DNA of 63,441 nt, the filler included, from Licmophora abbreviata (lineage: Eukaryota), in the NCBI GenBank assembly GCA_900291995.1. It is 9 parts of 9 records of this genome, joined end to end, with 100 filler letters (N's around TTAATTAATTAA, not from the genome) between each part and the next. Parts side by side here need not be neighbours in the genome. Positions count along the whole stretch, not along the records: positions 44,784 to 57,584 come from OLMU01002954.1; positions 57,685 to 62,068 come from OLMU01002955.1; 7 more parts are not named here. One strand, 5' to 3'. The translations under genes and the position numbers were made by a program. Under the pieces are notes generated by a model that ran no database searches, was not told the DNA's origin, and was given only the letters and a program-made list of their open reading frames with translations. Below are positions 49,250-60,051 of the stretch, in pieces. The number at the start of each line of letters is the position of its first letter. The first letter of the stretch is position 1.

Positions 49250-50877
49250 TCATAATTGCCGCCGCTCGAGAGCTGCCACGACTCTTGAGATGTCTTTTCG
49301 TAGGAGGTGCAGTTCTTCCTGAATGCTAAACATCTGCCGTTGTAGGACGACGGAATAAACTAGCAAAATCACAACAGCGATCACCGCAGCAACACCAGCC
49401 CTCGAGAATAAGCCGTCCGCGCTTTCTTCGCGACGTCTCTCTTTCTCCACGACACATTCCTTCTCGACTCCCTCCTTGGCGCGCAACGCACCTTGCAACA
49501 TTTTTGTATATCCTTCATACCAATGACTTACTTGCTTGTTGGTATTGGACAGGATCATTCGCTTGAACATGGTTCGCTTGATGAAACGCGTTTCGTGCCG
49601 GACTGACAGACTCACACTGGTTTCTCCTCCTGCTTCTACTATCCACTTGTCATCGACGTAAAAGGCATCTGATGCCGGCACGCCCTGTACATGAGTTGTT
49701 GTTTCCAGACACAAGCCCGCATCTTCAAAGCGACGCAGCCGTTGTTTTCGAGTTGTCATTGTAGAAGAGGGTCCTACACCAAGACCGTTGGGAAGCTTGT
49801 GGCGGAACGTGATTGTACGTGACAGCCACACTGTAGTAGAGTCGTCGGCATCGTTGTCCTCTGCTGTCCATTCGGTCGAAACGAGCTCACTGTCGCCAAT
49901 ATGATCTCGCTGATAGCCTACGATGGAATGCGGTGCACTGTCGGCGAGAAAGAGACCAAAGAACTCATCTAGGGTACATGGCAAGGTGATTGTCTACAAA
50001 CACGGCGAGCAAATAGTGAGATCGATAAACTGAATGTGATACAGTATTTGGTAGTGACCAGCATCTGATTGCACCATTGACTTACACCAACAGCAGTGTC
50101 GCTGTAAGACTCCTCGGCGGCCCTCTTGACTTGCTCCCACGCGTCTCGTATGTCAGCGGGAGTCTCTGTCTCTAGCGTCGTATTGAGGATAGAATCTCTT
50201 CGATCTTCTGATGATTCCCGGTCGGAGACGCCAGTCTCTCGTCGAGGTTCCTGATCTGAGCATGCCTCCTTGTCTTTGCCATCACTGTCGTCGACCGACT
50301 TTGCGTCGTCGCCCGTTTCCCTCTCAGATCCGTCCTTCACCAAAGTCCCACTACTAGACTCTCCAATATTACTACTAGTGCTGAGTCTCTGACGTTCCAC
50401 CGATGAAAATGGATCCCCGGTCGACTGCAGCCGATGTAAAAGTTCCAATACAACTATGCGATTCTGAAAGGACTTGAAAATGTAGTCTTCTTGGTCAGCA
50501 CGCGTCCCAACAATGCATATACTGGTCGTTCGGTACAAGGAGATGGAGTGCACCTGTGCGTACTCGACACAGATCCGTCGTTCAAAGCCGAATAGGTTGC
50601 TGAAGAAACACAGGGACTTTTCGCACACGTACAGACGGCCGCGCTGTCGACAGTAGTTGCAGGAAAAGTCGCCCCAGCAGGTTCCGACCGCCGTGCCGAA
50701 GAGCGCTTGGACTATTTCAGTCCGACTCGTGCGATGGAAGGAAGAGGAGTCAGTGGTGGCGGCGTGCGCAGTCGATGGCATGGAGGCGGCGGATGCAATG
50801 GAGGGACGAGACGAAGAGGAAGACGCGGCGTTGGGACGAGTTGCAAGAACAGATGGCGCCTGTTGGGTCTCCATCAT
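49250..50877 (-). CDS. GRAM + VASt (StARkin) lipid-transfer protein with C-terminal TM and coiled coil (LAM/Aster/VAD1-like); 2 exons
   Basis: GRAM DFSC...GRLYV....CFFSNLFG. VASt SR.I.F.H, VPASDAFYV..KW and FIKRTMFK..I. Intron 50085-49994. Confidence 0.87.
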
Positions 50878-51065
50878 TGTCGTCGTTTCAGGTGGAAATT
50901 TTAAAGTAACAGCATAGATTTGAGGTTACTTCCGTGAGATGCAAGGCAGGCACCTTGCAGTGAGGCAGCTTGACGAGACGCCAGAGTCAGTAGACTCTAA
51001 TCATGGTCAAGACGCCGGAAAAGATGTCTTGTGTCGTCCGTCTCATCATTATCCTCTAGTGGTAT

Positions 51066-52034
51066 ATGACGTCAATGTCTCTTAAGTATCATGTCACTAC
51101 GACGTATTGTGAGAGCATACAATGTCGCACCGACACCCGCGATCACAGCGACAATGATGGCATCACAACGGCTCCCCCACAACAAGCGCACTCATCTTGT
51201 CGTCCAATGAAGGCTATTTCTTGTACATTGCTAATGTGCATGGGTCGTCGTGGTGTCAATGCCCTTGTTGCGCCGTTACCTAAGAATCAACGAAGAAATC
51301 GAGTCACAAAACGGACTTTCCCCCAGATTATGAAAGCGGCGAGCTCCACCAGCATCGACGACCATGATGATCCACAAGATTCCACTGTCCTCCGTGTACT
51401 GGCTCTGCATGGGAGTGAGGAGACAGGGCCGTCCTTCACGGAACGAATCCGACCGCTGTCGTCGAACCTACTGGAGCACCATACTCTTATCTTTGAGGTG
51501 ACGGCAGCCCCTACTGCGCCGTTCGCCAAGGGCGAGGCTGGATTTGCCTGGTGGACCATGCCTCCCGGCGTGCGGTCGTTTACGGCCAAGGAGTATCACG
51601 GGTTTGAGGAAAGCGCGTCACTGGTGCTCAATGCCTGGATGAAAGAACCTGAACAGCACTTCGATATCGTTCTAGGTCACTCGCAAGGTGCTATATTGCT
51701 ATCCGCGCTGCTGGCTCTCAAGCGGATTCCTCGCCATCCACGGATTGGTTACATTCTCAACGGCGTGGCCATGCCGAACCCTTACAAGACTGACTTGGAG
51801 AGCCTGACAGTGTCGACTGACGACGACCCTGGTGCTCCGCGTATTTTGTTTGTCATGGGCGAGAAAGACAAGATCAACCCCACGTCGTCCGCCGAGACAG
51901 TCAAGGCCTGTATGAAAACGGCTGGGATGGACGTTACGACATGCAATCATTCGGGAGGACACGCGGTTCCAGTCAACGACAAGAGAGCAGTGTCGATCAT
52001 GGCAGAATGGATCAACAAAGGAACTACAAGCTAG
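51066..52034 (+). CDS. FSH1/OVCA2-family serine hydrolase; start uncertain
   Basis: LALHGS, AWW, nucleophile GHSQGA, GEKD.I and HSGGH.VP. Confidence 0.85.
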   Translation: MTSMSLKYHVTTTYCESIQCRTDTRDHSDNDGITTAPPQQAHSSCRPMKAISCTLLMCMGRRGVNALVAPLPKNQRRNRVTKRTFPQIMKAASSTSIDDHDDPQDSTVLRVLALHGSEETGPSFTERIRPLSSNLLEHHTLIFEVTAAPTAPFAKGEAGFAWWTMPPGVRSFTAKEYHGFEESASLVLNAWMKEPEQHFDIVLGHSQGAILLSALLALKRIPRHPRIGYILNGVAMPNPYKTDLESLTVSTDDDPGAPRILFVMGEKDKINPTSSAETVKACMKTAGMDVTTCNHSGGHAVPVNDKRAVSIMAEWINKGTTS

Positions 52035-52089
52035 AACGCTCTCTTGTAGAGTTTGACTTTTAGAGACTGATGACTTGAGGTTGTTGCAA

Positions 52090-55000
52090 TTACGACTGCT
52101 GTTCCAAGTATGTAAGATCGAAGCTTAGCCCGTCCGCTTCTGTTTCATTGAATTTCGTTTGGGAACTGACTGCGGCAACACTTTCGAGACCCAATGCATG
52201 AAAACGAGTCGCAAAGTCGAAATAGTCTTGACGATTCGTGTTGAGAATCTGGTTGCGCCATACTTGTCGATGCTGGGCTGTCTCGCCGCGAAGGAACTGA
52301 AGCAACGACTCCCACCCGACTTGGTCGGGTTGCGGTGCCGACCCATCCAGATCACCAATGGTACCGATGATGACACTCTCTGCAGCTGGGGGAAGCGCTT
52401 CCATCTCCGAAAGCTCGTCGAGCAAGAAACTCTTCGCTCGCTCGTAGGTGTGCAACGTATCGACAAGATTGGGATCTCGGTACGTGAAGAGCTCCAGAAT
52501 GCCAGCAGCCCGTCGCAGACGTGCAAATGCTCCGTAGGCCCCGTGCTTGAGACGAAGTGTTTCATAGAGAAAGTTGTTCTGGAGGTATCGCGTCACGACA
52601 GCGGCACTTCCGGGAACCATCTCTTCGGGTTGATACAGAACACCGCTCAAACCGACGTATGAGACGCGAGTTGAAGTCACGAACCCTTCTGTGGAAGCTA
52701 AACGTTGCTCCATGTCTGATAGTGCCTGTGCTGCCCAGGGGTGTTCGTTCTTGGCGAAATTGGGAGACTGAATGACTCGTTCATTGGACGGCACGATAAC
52801 TGCAAGAAACTTGTCAACGGCAGCTGATGTCACTCCCATGACACGCTTGTCCCCCGTGAAGTTCAAGACCATGCCCTTGCGATTGCCGGCAGTAAGCTCG
52901 GTCATCATCCGTTCTAATCTCGCCAATACAGTGTCCCAGTCGGAAGCGGCGCCTTCGAGCACTTGTATGAGCTTCTTCAGGCCACTCACTCCGTACAGCA
53001 ACTCTTGGACGTAACCACTAACCGAATAGTGAGCCTCCAGTCGATGCTTGACGAAGTGGTGTCCGCGTGTCTTGACAGAGTCTTGTCGCTCGGCGATCAT
53101 CTCCTTCAAGACTTCAATGGTCTTGTCTTGGGCAAAGGTTCGTTTTTCGAACAGCATATGGCCAATAAGATCGAACGTGTCGGAAAGGTTTTCGGTGAAG
53201 CATTTTGTGCGGACAAAGAGCTTGGTGCTCAGGTGGGTACCATCCGTGACCTCGTAGCCATTTGAGGAGTCTTCACTCTGAATTGATACAACCAAAGGAG
53301 TGATGTCGATGCCGCCTGTGTAGGTGCGTATCTTCCGCGACAGAGAAACGTCGTCGAATCTGTCTGTTCCCGACTCAAGAATGAGTCGACCAAGCAACGG
53401 CACGAGGGCAACGTCGTCGAAGTCGAGCATCGACATGTCCAATCCATAGTCTACGTAAGCGATATTGTAAGTGGCTTCCACAACGTGGGTAGCGACAAGC
53501 ACGTCGTTCTGGAGAGTCGTCGTGATAGGATACTCATCGCCAGCCACGTCGATCTCATCCAACGTTAGGGATGGGATCGCTTCCAACGCCTCTGGAGAGT
53601 CATTGGAATTCTGAATACCTTTTAACTGGATAGATTCGTTGAGTAAAGCCTGAAAGTTGTCGTCCTGCATTTGCGACTTAAGATCTGAAATAACACTTCG
53701 TTCATCCTTGAGATGTGTCTGCTCAAGTGTTGAGTCGGGATAGAGCTCCGTGACGACTCGATGGTTGTTATTGATCAAATCATTCGCAATGAGGGAAGTG
53801 AAGACGCTAGCCCCGTCTTCTTGCACTTGTTCCTTTAGTTCCTTCAGTGCAGACTCGAATTCCAAGGCAGCTCTCGGATTCGAATCGTAGTTCCATTTCA
53901 TGAGCGCCCCCATGAAAAGGACGATACCCCTGGGGTAGTCCCCAGTGCTAAGCTCTCGCACCTTAAAGTAGTAAAACATTATGTTGCGAACGCATCAGAT
54001 CTCGTTACACTCTGCATACCCTAGCCTACGTTCACACGCTCCGCACTCACCTGAAATTCGACAGCGTTCATGGCACTTGCGATATCATCCTCGTCGATCC
54101 CATTGCGGAGGATGCTTTCAAGCGTCGACATTATTATGTTCTCTACCATTTGGAAGTCACTCTCGTTTTCGATACCTTGAAGTCCAGCCTGGAATGTCCA
54201 CTGTTGAAGTGTGTCGTCGACGCCGTCCCCAATGACATCTCGTCCATATCCGGATTTGATCAGAGCCTTGGTCAAGAAGGAAGACGGGGATCCCAGCAAT
54301 AGCTCTGATACTACGTACCAGGCTAGCTCCGTCTTTCGGTCCATTGGCTTGGTGTTTAGTAGCCATGATATCATCACTCGGTAGTCACCATCGTCACTCA
54401 ACGACGGATACGGAACGCGCTGTCGAGCTGGCGAACTGAACCTAGTATCTTGCCACTGTACCTGACTCGTCTCCGCGACTTGCTTGTCAGCCTCATACTT
54501 TTGCAAGTAGTCATCGAGTAGGTGCAATCCATCCTCAACATGATCTTTAGGCCCAAAGAAGTACACCTTAGCATTCGAGGGATGATAGAATGAGTTGTAA
54601 AAGGCAACAAAGTCTTCGTATTGCAGCGTTGGAATCGTCAGAGGCTCTCCTCCACTATCATGTCGATACGACGTATCAGGAAACAACATGGTCTGCGCAT
54701 ATCGCTCAATCAAATCGTCAGGATTCGAGTAGGCACCCTTCATTTCACTCATGACGACCCCATTAAGTTCGTACTCCTCTCCAGTTGTGTCCTGTTCGAT
54801 GCGCCACCCTTCTTGCCGGAAGATCCACTTGTGCTCGGGAATCACGCATTTGGGTTGGAACACGGCATCCAAGTAGACACTGACGAGGTTCGAAAAGTCT
54901 GCCCTGTTTCGCGAGGACAAGGCATAGGCAGTACGATCAGCAAAGGTGAAGGCATTGAGGAACGTTTGCAGTGATCCACCCAGCAGTTGGTTGAAGGGAT

Positions 55001-55433
55001 CTCTCGATGGGTAGTTCTTGGAGCCGTCCAAGACGCTGTGTTCCAAGATATGCGCCACGCCTGTACTATCACTCGGTATTGTCCGGAAGGAGATACCAAA
55101 TGTACTGTCCTGTGTCGAGTCAACTGGAATCAACGTCATAATTTCCGTTTTCGTCTTACGATGCTTGTATACGACCATGTCTGCATCGACTTCACTGATG
55201 AACGCATGGTGGGTTCGTTCGTAGGAGTCGTGTTGGATCACATTCTCGACAGCATTCACACCCTTGGACATTGCTCCTGGAGGAATTACTCTCCAAAATA
55301 GTACTGCCACTAAGCTGACGATCAAGAGTGCTGAAAAGAGCCAGATCAGCTTGCATCGACGAACTCTCGCCTTGGCGACGCCGTGATGCGAGCTCGGCTT
55401 GAAGTACGATACTGCTGTTCTCTTGACTGACAT
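52090..55433 (-). CDS. M16C metallopeptidase (presequence protease/Cym1-like) with N-terminal membrane anchor; 2 exons
   Basis: GVAHILEHSVL.GS..YP, FLNAFT..DRT.Y, VYLDAVF.P, F.QEGW, GVV.SEMKG, R...GAYG and TYRDPN. Intron 54050-53962. Confidence 0.92.
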
Positions 55434-55806
55434 GGTTAATGAGTGATTTTCGTGTCAGCAATTCTTCTGAATCAAGATTTATGTCGATGGAATGGTGGAA
55501 AGAAACACTTGCTCGTTTTCGAGTTGTTGCAAAAGGCAAGGCATTTTGTGGGGCAAGTTTCAAATGACCATTCACGTGGATTTCATCATGATACTTCTAG
55601 AGTCATCTGGGGAATTCACAATGACTTCTCAACGGATGGAGTGGAGTTCGGATGTCTCGAACTCCATTCAGCAGACAAAATCTGGCATTTCTCACTGATA
55701 AGGATGACAATGGCACCCATCCGACGACCGGCGTAGATAATCGGCGTTCACACTACGCTTCTCACTTGATTTCTGATCGCTACGGTCCTCGAACTTTATT
55801 GCTACT

Positions 55807-57543
55807 ATGGACGGAGTGGCAGCGATTCGAAATTACGTGGATCGGGTCGTGAATGGCGACCGGAAATGTAGCGGCATGAAAGTGCTGCTCTTGGACGCCA
55901 GTACGACCCAGATTGTTAGCTGTGTTTACTCTCAGACTGAAATTCTAGGCAAAGAAGTCTATCTAGTGGCGCGTTTGGACGATGTGAGCAATCCGAACTT
56001 ACCCGGGGCCCAACAGAACGGTGCCGCTGCAGCGTCGTCTCCGTCGCATCTCAAGGCCGTCTGCTATCTGCGTCCAACCGAAGTCAATGTCGGGTTGTTG
56101 GTCCGCGAGCTGGCGCGTCCCCGATTCAGCGAATACCATTTGTTTTTCAGCGGCATTCTATCGACGGGTCTATTGAGACTTTTAGCTGAAAACGACCTAA
56201 ACGAACGCGTCAAGCAAGTGCAAGAATTCTATGGTGACTTTGTCCCCGTCAATGAGGATTTGCTCACTCTGCAGTGTCGACACACGCTCGCCATGACCTG
56301 TGCGGCCGGTACGAGCTGGGCACAGAATCATGCCCACCTGTACGAACGGAACCTGCGAGGATTGCAAAGCATGCTTCTGGCTTTCAAAAGACAGCCCAGC
56401 GCGATTCGTTTCCCCAAGCACTCGACCGTCGCGTCGCAGCTTGCCAAGGACTGTTACGATCAAATGGTGTCGGATCAGATCTTTCACTTTCGCAAGAGCA
56501 ATTTGTTGCTGCTGGTTCTTGATCGGCGTGACGATCCAGTCACTCCGCTTCTATCCCAGTGGACCTACCAAGCCATGGTCCATGAATTGCTTGGCCTGAA
56601 CAATCATCGTGTGATTCTTCGTGGAGCCCCGAATGTCGCCAAGGATCTCGAAGAGGTCGTCCTCAATGCCAATCAAGATGACTTTTTCAAGGACAATCGT
56701 CACAAGAATTTTGGAGAGCTTGGAGAATCGATTCAGAGATTACTTCAAGACTACCAACGCCAGACGCAACACCACAATACTCAGCATCTCAACACAATTG
56801 AAGACATGCAGAGTTTCATGGACAAGTTTCCCGAATTGCGAAGTCGATCACACAAAGTCAGCAAACATGTCGCCATCATGGGAGAGCTAGCGCGTCTTGT
56901 GGAGGTCTGCAGTTTGATGGATGTGTCGGCGTTTGAACAGGAATTGGCATGCGCTGACGATCACGCCACCCATGTGCGCGAGCTCTTGGCCAAGTTGCAG
57001 TCCCCGTCGGTCAAGATTCCAGACAAGCTGCGATTGGGATTGTTGTATGCGCTTCGGTACGAACACTCTGGTAACATTCACTTGATTCAGTCGGCTATGA
57101 GTAAGGGCGGCGTCCCGCCGGACATGGTGGACTTGGTCAATGTCATATTGCGGTATGGTGGCAGCAAGTCGCGCGGACCCGGTCTTTACGGTGAACACAA
57201 TCTCATGAGTAAAATGACAAAATCCTTCATGACAAGCGTACAAGGAGTCAGCAACGTGTATTCGCAGCATGTCCCCGTCTTGCTAGATACGATTCAGAGC
57301 GTCGTCAAGGGAAAGCTCAAGACGGATACTTACCCTTTTGTTCCTGGAAGTACGACAGGGTTGCAGCCCGAACTGAACGCTCCCGATGAAATCATGATTT
57401 TCATGGTCGGCGGCGTTACTTACGAGGAGGCAACGAAGGTGACTGAGTTCAACGAGGCGCACGCTGGCAAGATACGGGTGATTCTCGGTGGCAGCACGGT
57501 TCACAACAGCACAAGTTTTCTGGAAGAATTAAAGGCAATATAG
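55807..57543 (+). CDS. VPS45: Sec1/Munc18-family protein VPS45, intronless
   Basis: GMKVLLLD..TT.IVS..YSQ..IL.KEVYL, QVQEFYGDF, DRRDDPVTPLL.QWTYQAMVHELLG, NVYSQH.P and GGVTYEE. Confidence 0.95.
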   Translation: MDGVAAIRNYVDRVVNGDRKCSGMKVLLLDASTTQIVSCVYSQTEILGKEVYLVARLDDVSNPNLPGAQQNGAAAASSPSHLKAVCYLRPTEVNVGLLVRELARPRFSEYHLFFSGILSTGLLRLLAENDLNERVKQVQEFYGDFVPVNEDLLTLQCRHTLAMTCAAGTSWAQNHAHLYERNLRGLQSMLLAFKRQPSAIRFPKHSTVASQLAKDCYDQMVSDQIFHFRKSNLLLLVLDRRDDPVTPLLSQWTYQAMVHELLGLNNHRVILRGAPNVAKDLEEVVLNANQDDFFKDNRHKNFGELGESIQRLLQDYQRQTQHHNTQHLNTIEDMQSFMDKFPELRSRSHKVSKHVAIMGELARLVEVCSLMDVSAFEQELACADDHATHVRELLAKLQSPSVKIPDKLRLGLLYALRYEHSGNIHLIQSAMSKGGVPPDMVDLVNVILRYGGSKSRGPGLYGEHNLMSKMTKSFMTSVQGVSNVYSQHVPVLLDTIQSVVKGKLKTDTYPFVPGSTTGLQPELNAPDEIMIFMVGGVTYEEATKVTEFNEAHAGKIRVILGGSTVHNSTSFLEELKAI

Positions 57544-57584
57544 TAAATGACGAGATGACTCTTTTCGCTATCACTACGATTTAT

Positions 57585-57684
57585 NNNNNNNNNNNNNNNN
57601 NNNNNNNNNNNNNNNNNNNNNNNNNNNNTTAATTAATTAANNNNNNNNNNNNNNNNNNNNNNNNNNNNNNNNNNNNNNNNNNNN
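57585..57684. other. Assembly gap linker
   Basis: N44-TTAATTAATTAA-N44. Confidence 0.98.
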
Positions 57685-58163
57685 TTGAAGAATCGTTCCG
57701 TCGTGTGCACAGCCCCAGTCTGTTGATTGGTGACGGTCAGCGTCTGCACCAAGACAGTCTTGTCAGGCTCTTGCAGCAATCGTTTGGAGTCTACAACGTT
57801 TGCAACACCATTCAAAGTACCGAGAGACGACTGAATATCCAGTTGATCCAGACCTTCCGACGTTGCCAGCGACTTCTTGACACGATCCCCCGGAGGCAGC
57901 TCTTGCGTGAATTCCTTATTGAGCTCGAGTTCGACGACCAAATCATTGTTGACGCGGGATCGTTTCACAGTTTTCACCTTTTTGTCATCCAACTCGATGG
58001 TATGGTAGGTATCATGATCGGCCTCGCCCTTTTCGTGCGCTTCAATGGCAAGTTCGTTGACGTTCATCGTCTGCAAGTAGCCACGCATGGACGGAGTGCC
58101 GCGCGTCTTGTCCAGAATCCAAACACCATTCAGCGACGTTCTTTTCATCGACTTATCCGCCAT
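57685..58163 (-). CDS. Hypothetical calycin/FABP-like beta-barrel protein, 3' end in the gap
   Basis: N-terminal LNGVW.LD (GxW) motif, a short helical insert, then alternating beta-strand patterns ending in T.RFF. Confidence 0.55.
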
Positions 58164-58815
58164 ACTTTTCAATAGACGGCGATAACTTCAGATGAAATGG
58201 CAACAGGAGAGCAAGAGATCGGTCAATCAAAGGCTTCTATCAGCTACGACGTATACAAACTAGAATGAAGAGTGATCGCATCGCGGTCTCCGTTCGGCGA
58301 TGCGATGAAGCAGGTCTCTCAAACTCGGTCGATGGACGTACCAACTCTTACCTCTTACTACGCGAAGCCGCGAGCGTACACTTTGTACTGAGCCCTACGT
58401 GAAAAGCACTGCCGGCCGTCCACACTATTCAAAACGCGACGGAAAAGCAGGTGTGTTGACCATGGCGGAAGGAGCGGCGGAGAAAAAGAACGGGCCTCGA
58501 GGACAACATAGGTTGACTTGGCGTGCAAGTGCGGGGAATATGGAAAAGAGTCAAGAAACGGAAGCACGAAGGAAGATGGAACGCTCGATCTTTCATACCC
58601 ATGACCCGTTGATAGACCACGGACAGTACAAAGGCGTCGCGATTGGGTGGATTTTCGGTCGTGTCGTTCGGGAGACTGTCGTTAGCAGTGTAACGAGACA
58701 CTCTGTATTTAAAAAGGACAGACTCAGTTGTCGGTCAGCCCAAACCAACTCAAATGGCCCATGCGTGTCGCTCACCCTTCTATTTTCTTATTTTACACAA
58801 CAGATTGCACACACA

Positions 58816-59004
58816 ATGGCCGAGACACGCAAACCGAACAAGCTGTATTCAACTCACCCCAAGGGGTACGGAAAGGGGTCCCGCCAGTGCCGTGTGACTG
58901 GACGCAAAGGTGGTAATGGACTTATTCGCAAGTATGGAATCGATATGAAGCGACAGGTCTTTCGTGAACGAGCACTTGAAATGGGATGGATGAAGTACAA
59001 CTAA
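58816..59004 (+). CDS. RPS29: 40S ribosomal protein S29 (uS14), Cys-depleted variant
   Basis: HPKGYGKGSRQCRV, GLIRKYG, RQ.FRE.A..GW.KY; 62 aa. A possible 5'UTR intron acceptor ends at 58803. Confidence 0.92.
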   Translation: MAETRKPNKLYSTHPKGYGKGSRQCRVTGRKGGNGLIRKYGIDMKRQVFRERALEMGWMKYN

Positions 59005-60051
59005 AACCTTAGTATAGACTACTCGTGGTGTAGCCAAGGTCTTTATCATTCGTCTGGAGGATCGCCCGAACAAGTAGCTATTAGATGTCAAACAAAGGCT
59101 TACGTGCTCTCTTATGGTGATGCCGACTTGGTTAGGCTGCCGCCAGAATAGCATCGCTAGTAGGAGGCGTGCCACTGTTTCGAGCTCACTTGATAATGAC
59201 CAACCTTCCTCTTTTTATAGAGAGGACGCTGTTTGCGGCGGGGACTGCTAGCGGCATTAATTTGTCCGTCGCAGCTTTTTGCTTTCCGTGACATCTAGCT
59301 AACATAGTAGGCAGCTTATGTACTGGAGCTAGGAAGGTGCTACAACTTTAGAGAAGACTACCATCGTATGAGAGAGACTGCGGTATCTGATGGAAGATCA
59401 AGTGCAATAGAGCAGTTCATCTTAGCCCACCATCGTAACATTACTTGAAACTACCTAATGAATGTGAACATCGACACAATAACCACAAACGAAGTGCGCT
59501 GGTCGGCGAGGTCGGACAAATTTCTCCTAAATACCCGGATGTGAAGAATGTCGTCGAGTCCTACGCCACCTCTCGTATTGAATCGCACGTTGAAGGACTA
59601 CGTGGCTGTGATTCGCGAAAGGAGACGGCAGTGCGCATCGAAGATTGGTCGTGCTGAATCCTCTGGTTGTGAAGCGACTGTGCTCTTCTTTTTTCATTTC
59701 GACTTGCCTCCAAGACATAAACTGTCGCATCGTATCCGAGACAGCCGAAAGAGAGAAAGAAAACGGTAGAAATCGCTTGGAGCGGTCCTACCAACAGAGG
59801 CTCTCGGACCCAGAAGATTTGCTTTGTCCGGCTGGCACGCGGAGTGTGCTACTACTTTAATTATAGGTAATGACTCTTGTGTGTAATTGGGATCCGTCAT
59901 TACTTATGGTTCTCGCGCTCAAATGACTTTCTGAACCCTCGCTCGCTGCAGCCTCAAGCGAAAATCAAGATCAATCCTGAGGCTGGATTGAGTTCAATAC
60001 CAATTTTCCTTGGGCAGATCTGGGCGTTTACAGTAATTGGTTGCTTTCAAT

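Noticed and set aside
58275..58306. Perfect 10-bp inverted repeat ATCGCATCGC-N12-GCGATGCGAT
   Set aside because: An isolated short hairpin with no target-site duplication, U-tract or second copy, so it does not support a MITE or terminator call.
58399..58815. 139-aa N-terminal extension of RPS29 in the ORF track
   Set aside because: It begins at GTG, has no recognisable features, and crosses a pyrimidine-rich acceptor-like tract. The ATG at 58816 gives a normal-sized S29.
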